Shown: piece after piece, positions 60,850-64,000 of the stretch | Numbering within the stretch: position 1 is the first letter of the stretch | Layout of the letters: each line of letters starts with the position of its first letter | From: Rebecca billardiae RCC1528 | Taxonomy: Eukaryota; Protista; Haptophyta | DNA: 64,000 bases | Direction of reading: 5' to 3' | Assembly (NCBI GenBank): GCA_965240325.2 | Contig: OZ251223.1 | Coordinates: 2,418,001-2,482,000, forward strand | Translations under genes and position numbers: made by a program | Notes under the pieces: model-generated | Database searches by the model: none | Told to the model about the DNA's origin: nothing | Seen by the model: only the letters and a program-made list of their open reading frames with translations

Positions 60850-63800
60850 ATGGCGTCGAGGCTGCTTCCGCGCGGTCTGCCGATGAGCGACGACCCGACG
60901 CGGCGGCTCGGGAACGACCCGCTCGCCGATCTGCCCGTGGTCGAGCCGCCGAGCGCGCACACGCTCGGCGAGGTGGTCGCGAACGTTTCGGACAAGTTTG
61001 GCGCGGCGCTCGAGTCCGCGCCCGCGCTGCCTCGGCCGCTCCCGCGTGGGTACCACTACATCTCTGCGGGCGCGCTGCGCGACGAGCTCGAGGACATCGC
61101 GCCGCTCGTGCCCGTGACGCCGGCGCTCAGCACGACCGTGCGTGAGTTCCAGCTGCTCAAGCTGTTCTACTGCAAGGCGCGCGAGTTTGCGCACGCGCAC
61201 ACGCGCTCGATGACGCGCAACTTTTTGTGGGCGAAGCTGATTGGGATCCTCACCTTCCTCCTCGCCGCGATCGTCGCGCTCGTCTCCACCAGCGAGGAAG
61301 ATTCGGACGAGCCGGCCGACGCTGGCGACGGCGAGTCCTCGTCGCTCACTGCGCTCGGCATCTTTGCGGGCGTGGTCGCGACGCTGGTCTCGGCGATGAC
61401 GTCGTGGATGGCGTTCGCAGGGTACGCCACGCGGACCAGCGGCCACCAGGCCGCGGCGGACGCCTTCGACGAGGTCGCGGAGGACGTGCTCTCGATGGCC
61501 GCCGCGATCGACGCGGAGAAGGCGCGCGCGCTGCACGGCGCGTGCAGCCACCTGCACACCGACTGGCTCACCGTGATCTCGCGCGACCTGCCCGAGCTCG
61601 TGCGCAAGGCGCTCAAGTCGATCATGTCGTGCGCGTGCTGCCTCTCGGCCGAGAAGGCGCTCGAGCGCCAGCGCGAGCAGAAGCAAGCGCGCACCTCTGC
61701 GCTCGCGGAGCGCGCGCGCCGCCGCGCCAGCCTGACGGGCTCGATGATCTCGGGCGCGGACGGGCCCAACCTGACGTTGCAGACGCTGCACCGCCGCGCG
61801 GTCGAGCTGCAGATCGCGCACGCGACGCGCGGGTACCTGAACCGCTCGCGCGACGACACGCTCGCCTTCTGGATGCTCGTCCTCTCCACCATCACCGGCC
61901 TCCTCCTCTTCCAGGGAGGCTCGGGCTTTGGCCGCTGGCTGGCAAACCTGCTCGCGACGATCGCCACCGGGCTGGCCGCGTTCGCGCGCTTCATGGCGTT
62001 CGACAGCAAGGCGACGGCGCACCGGCGCACGTCGCGCCGGTACGCCGCGATCGCGCGCGACTCGCGCGTCGTGCTGGTCACCGGCACCAGGCGGCAGCAG
62101 CGCGTCGCGGCGCAGGGGCTCGGCAGCAAGATGGCGGACGCCGAGGACGAGGCGCCGCGGCTGCCGCCCGCGCCCGTGCTGTGGCTGCTGCGCGACGAGA
62201 AGGGGCGGCTGCTGCTGCCGATCCTGACGGGCGGCAGCGGCGTGGTGGGCGAGGACGACGGCGCGCCCGGCGCGTGCTTCGGCCTCGCCCCGCCCCTCCC
62301 CACCTTCCGCGGGGACGAGCACGGCAGCCAGCCCTCCGCCTCCTCCCTCTCCTCCCTCGCCTCCCTCGCCTCCGTGCTGCTCGGCCGGCTCCGCCGCGGC
62401 GACAAGGGCGACAAGGGCGACAAGGGCAAGGATGCGGAGCAGGGCAAGGGGCAGAACGGCGTGGAGGAGCACGGCCCCAAGGAGGAGGAGGCGCACAAGA
62501 ACGAGGAGGAGAAGCACAAAAAGCACAAGAAGCACGACCACGCCGACCACGCCGACCACGAGCTCGGCGAGGGCGAGGACGGCGAGGTGGCGGCCGCCCA
62601 GCAGAGCGGCGAGTCGCGCGGCGGCGGCGCGCTCAGGAGGCTGCGCCAGAGGCGCGCCGAGGATCGCGAGCGGAAGGCGGAGGAGCGCGAGCCGACGCGG
62701 CCCTCCGAGTTCGACGACGAGGCGCTCGCGCGGCTGCGCAAGCTCCACCTGCGCGCGCAGCTCGCCGCGCTCGGCGTGCGGTACGCTGCCGCGTACGAGG
62801 CGATGCCGCCTGTGCCGCGCCGCGTGCGCGCCAAGCACGCACACATCAAGCTGCGGGCGCTCGCGCGCGACGCGAAGCGCGTGGCGCCGCTCGGCGAGGC
62901 GGTGGTGTATACGAGCTCGCGCTCGAAGCGGCGGGTGGAGCTGCTCGTCGGCTGGTGGAAGCGCGCGACCGACCTCGCCGAGGCGCACGCCGAGCTCGCC
63001 GAGGAGAACCGCGTGCGTCTCTCGCGCGTGCAGATGCTCGGCCTCGCGATCGCGACGTGTGTCGCCACGCTGCTCATCCTGGACAACCACTCGGCGGAGA
63101 TCGCCGCCGGCGTGGGCGGCGTGGGCGACGCGGCGAACAGCACGGCGGCCGGGCTCGCCGACGGCGCGGCCGTCGGCCGCGAGGGAGCCGCGCGCGAGGG
63201 CCGGCGCCTCCTCGCCGAGGCCGCCACCGTGTGCGCGGCGCGTGCGCTCGTGCCCCTCGCGGCGCGGGCGGTGGCGGGCGTGGCGGGCGCCGCGGCGGGC
63301 GCGCTGAGCGGGCAGGGCGCGGAGGGCGCGGAGGGCTGGCGCCGCCGTCTCGCCGAGCTCGCCGACGAGCCCTCGGCACCCTCCGCGCGCGCGTCCAACG
63401 AGACGCTGCCCCCCGCCGACGCCGACGCCCCCGAGCCGCACAAGCACCACCACCAGCGCGCGGACGTGGTCCACAGCGGGCTGGTCGTCGGGCTGACCGG
63501 CTTTGGCACCGCCATCGTCGCCGCGCTCGTCACCTTCGGCAAGCTCGCGGGGTACGAGGCGAAGGCGAACGAGCACTTGGTCGCCTCGCGCGACTTTGCG
63601 TCCGTCAGCGCGGAGATCGAGGAGCTGCTCGTCGCGCTGCACGCCGAGGCGACCAACCTCGACCCCGACGCCGACCCGACCGACGTGGACGAGTCGGGCT
63701 CGGACGCGGAGGCGCTTTTCCGAGCGCTTGATTATGTCGACGGCACGCCCGACCCCGATGAGGAGCGCGACCTGAGCTCGGCAGGGCCGGCGGCGCGCGT

Positions 63801-64000
63801 GTCGAAGCGGGGCGGCGTCGCCGGGCTCGCGGAGGACCTCAGCCTCGCGCTCAGCCAGGACTCGCAGGCGTTTGTCGTGGCGGTGGACGTGCAGCCCCTC
63901 CCGCCGCAGATGGCGCTCGACCGACAGATCAAGATGCAGGCGCGCGCGCACCGCGCGCGCGCGTACGCGCCGCACCGGCCTGACGCCCACAAGCGCGCCG
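60850..64000 (+). CDS. Membrane protein with three tandem SLATT-like (2TM effector) domains; runs off the window edge
   Basis: Manual translation from ATG 60850 is open to the window end (>1000 aa). Three units of 'A....AH' + TM-TM + 'Y/F...A..H..A/S..F/Y' at about 61150-61500, 61780-62070 and 62950-63630. Absent from the ORF track. Confidence 0.7.
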   Translation, partial: MASRLLPRGLPMSDDPTRRLGNDPLADLPVVEPPSAHTLGEVVANVSDKFGAALESAPALPRPLPRGYHYISAGALRDELEDIAPLVPVTPALSTTVREFQLLKLFYCKAREFAHAHTRSMTRNFLWAKLIGILTFLLAAIVALVSTSEEDSDEPADAGDGESSSLTALGIFAGVVATLVSAMTSWMAFAGYATRTSGHQAAADAFDEVAEDVLSMAAAIDAEKARALHGACSHLHTDWLTVISRDLPELVRKALKSIMSCACCLSAEKALERQREQKQARTSALAERARRRASLTGSMISGADGPNLTLQTLHRRAVELQIAHATRGYLNRSRDDTLAFWMLVLSTITGLLLFQGGSGFGRWLANLLATIATGLAAFARFMAFDSKATAHRRTSRRYAAIARDSRVVLVTGTRRQQRVAAQGLGSKMADAEDEAPRLPPAPVLWLLRDEKGRLLLPILTGGSGVVGEDDGAPGACFGLAPPLPTFRGDEHGSQPSASSLSSLASLASVLLGRLRRGDKGDKGDKGKDAEQGKGQNGVEEHGPKEEEAHKNEEEKHKKHKKHDHADHADHELGEGEDGEVAAAQQSGESRGGGALRRLRQRRAEDRERKAEEREPTRPSEFDDEALARLRKLHLRAQLAALGVRYAAAYEAMPPVPRRVRAKHAHIKLRALARDAKRVAPLGEAVVYTSSRSKRRVELLVGWWKRATDLAEAHAELAEENRVRLSRVQMLGLAIATCVATLLILDNHSAEIAAGVGGVGDAANSTAAGLADGAAVGREGAAREGRRLLAEAATVCAARALVPLAARAVAGVAGAAAGALSGQGAEGAEGWRRRLAELADEPSAPSARASNETLPPADADAPEPHKHHHQRADVVHSGLVVGLTGFGTAIVAALVTFGKLAGYEAKANEHLVASRDFASVSAEIEELLVALHAEATNLDPDADPTDVDESGSDAEALFRALDYVDGTPDPDEERDLSSAGPAARVSKRGGVAGLAEDLSLALSQDSQAFVVAVDVQPLPPQMALDRQIKMQARAHRARAYAPHRPDAHKRA

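Noticed and set aside
60739-63990. N-terminal ~1080 aa of the 1719-aa minus-strand ORF
   Set aside because: Antisense shadow of the plus-strand SLATT gene; only the NOV-like part from about 60738 looks coding.

Overview
Gene-dense eukaryotic DNA of very high GC content, with short GT-AG introns and nuclear genes carrying plastid-type bipartite leaders. This suggests a secondary-plastid alga, most like a haptophyte (inference only). About 24 host genes are present, many in tight head-to-head pairs: an EcKL/APH-like kinase, TAF1C-like, YacP/NYN nuclease, maspardin, a 4x SnoaL-like protein, a Zn2Cys6 factor, ZC2HC1-like, myosin, a GAF protein, arylsulfatase, dynein LC4-like, an ankyrin-SET protein, CDC73, SLC35B2, an IDI-like Nudix protein, PsbP-like, MPPED-like, an MDR oxidoreductase and a mini NO VEIN/DUF3883 protein. 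There are three retroelements: (i) a 5'-truncated LINE-like RNase H/zinc-knuckle remnant; (ii) a Ngaro/DIRS-type RT element with identical 464-bp direct repeats, an in-frame gag-UAG-pol junction and a palindromic minisatellite where the recombinase should be; (iii) an intact split-direct-repeat DIRS/PAT-like element that appears to interrupt the GAF gene at codon 24. The most notable candidates are immunity-like genes: a signal peptide-PA-7TM protein fused to a HET/TIR-like domain, and a triple SLATT-like membrane protein (missing from the supplied ORF track) transcribed divergently from the NOV/DUF3883 nuclease gene. Intergenic DNA carries many TA-CWG-TA motifs that resemble Tc1/mariner footprints, plus a micro-duplication mutation signature. 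All domain calls are by visual motif recognition; no database search was run.
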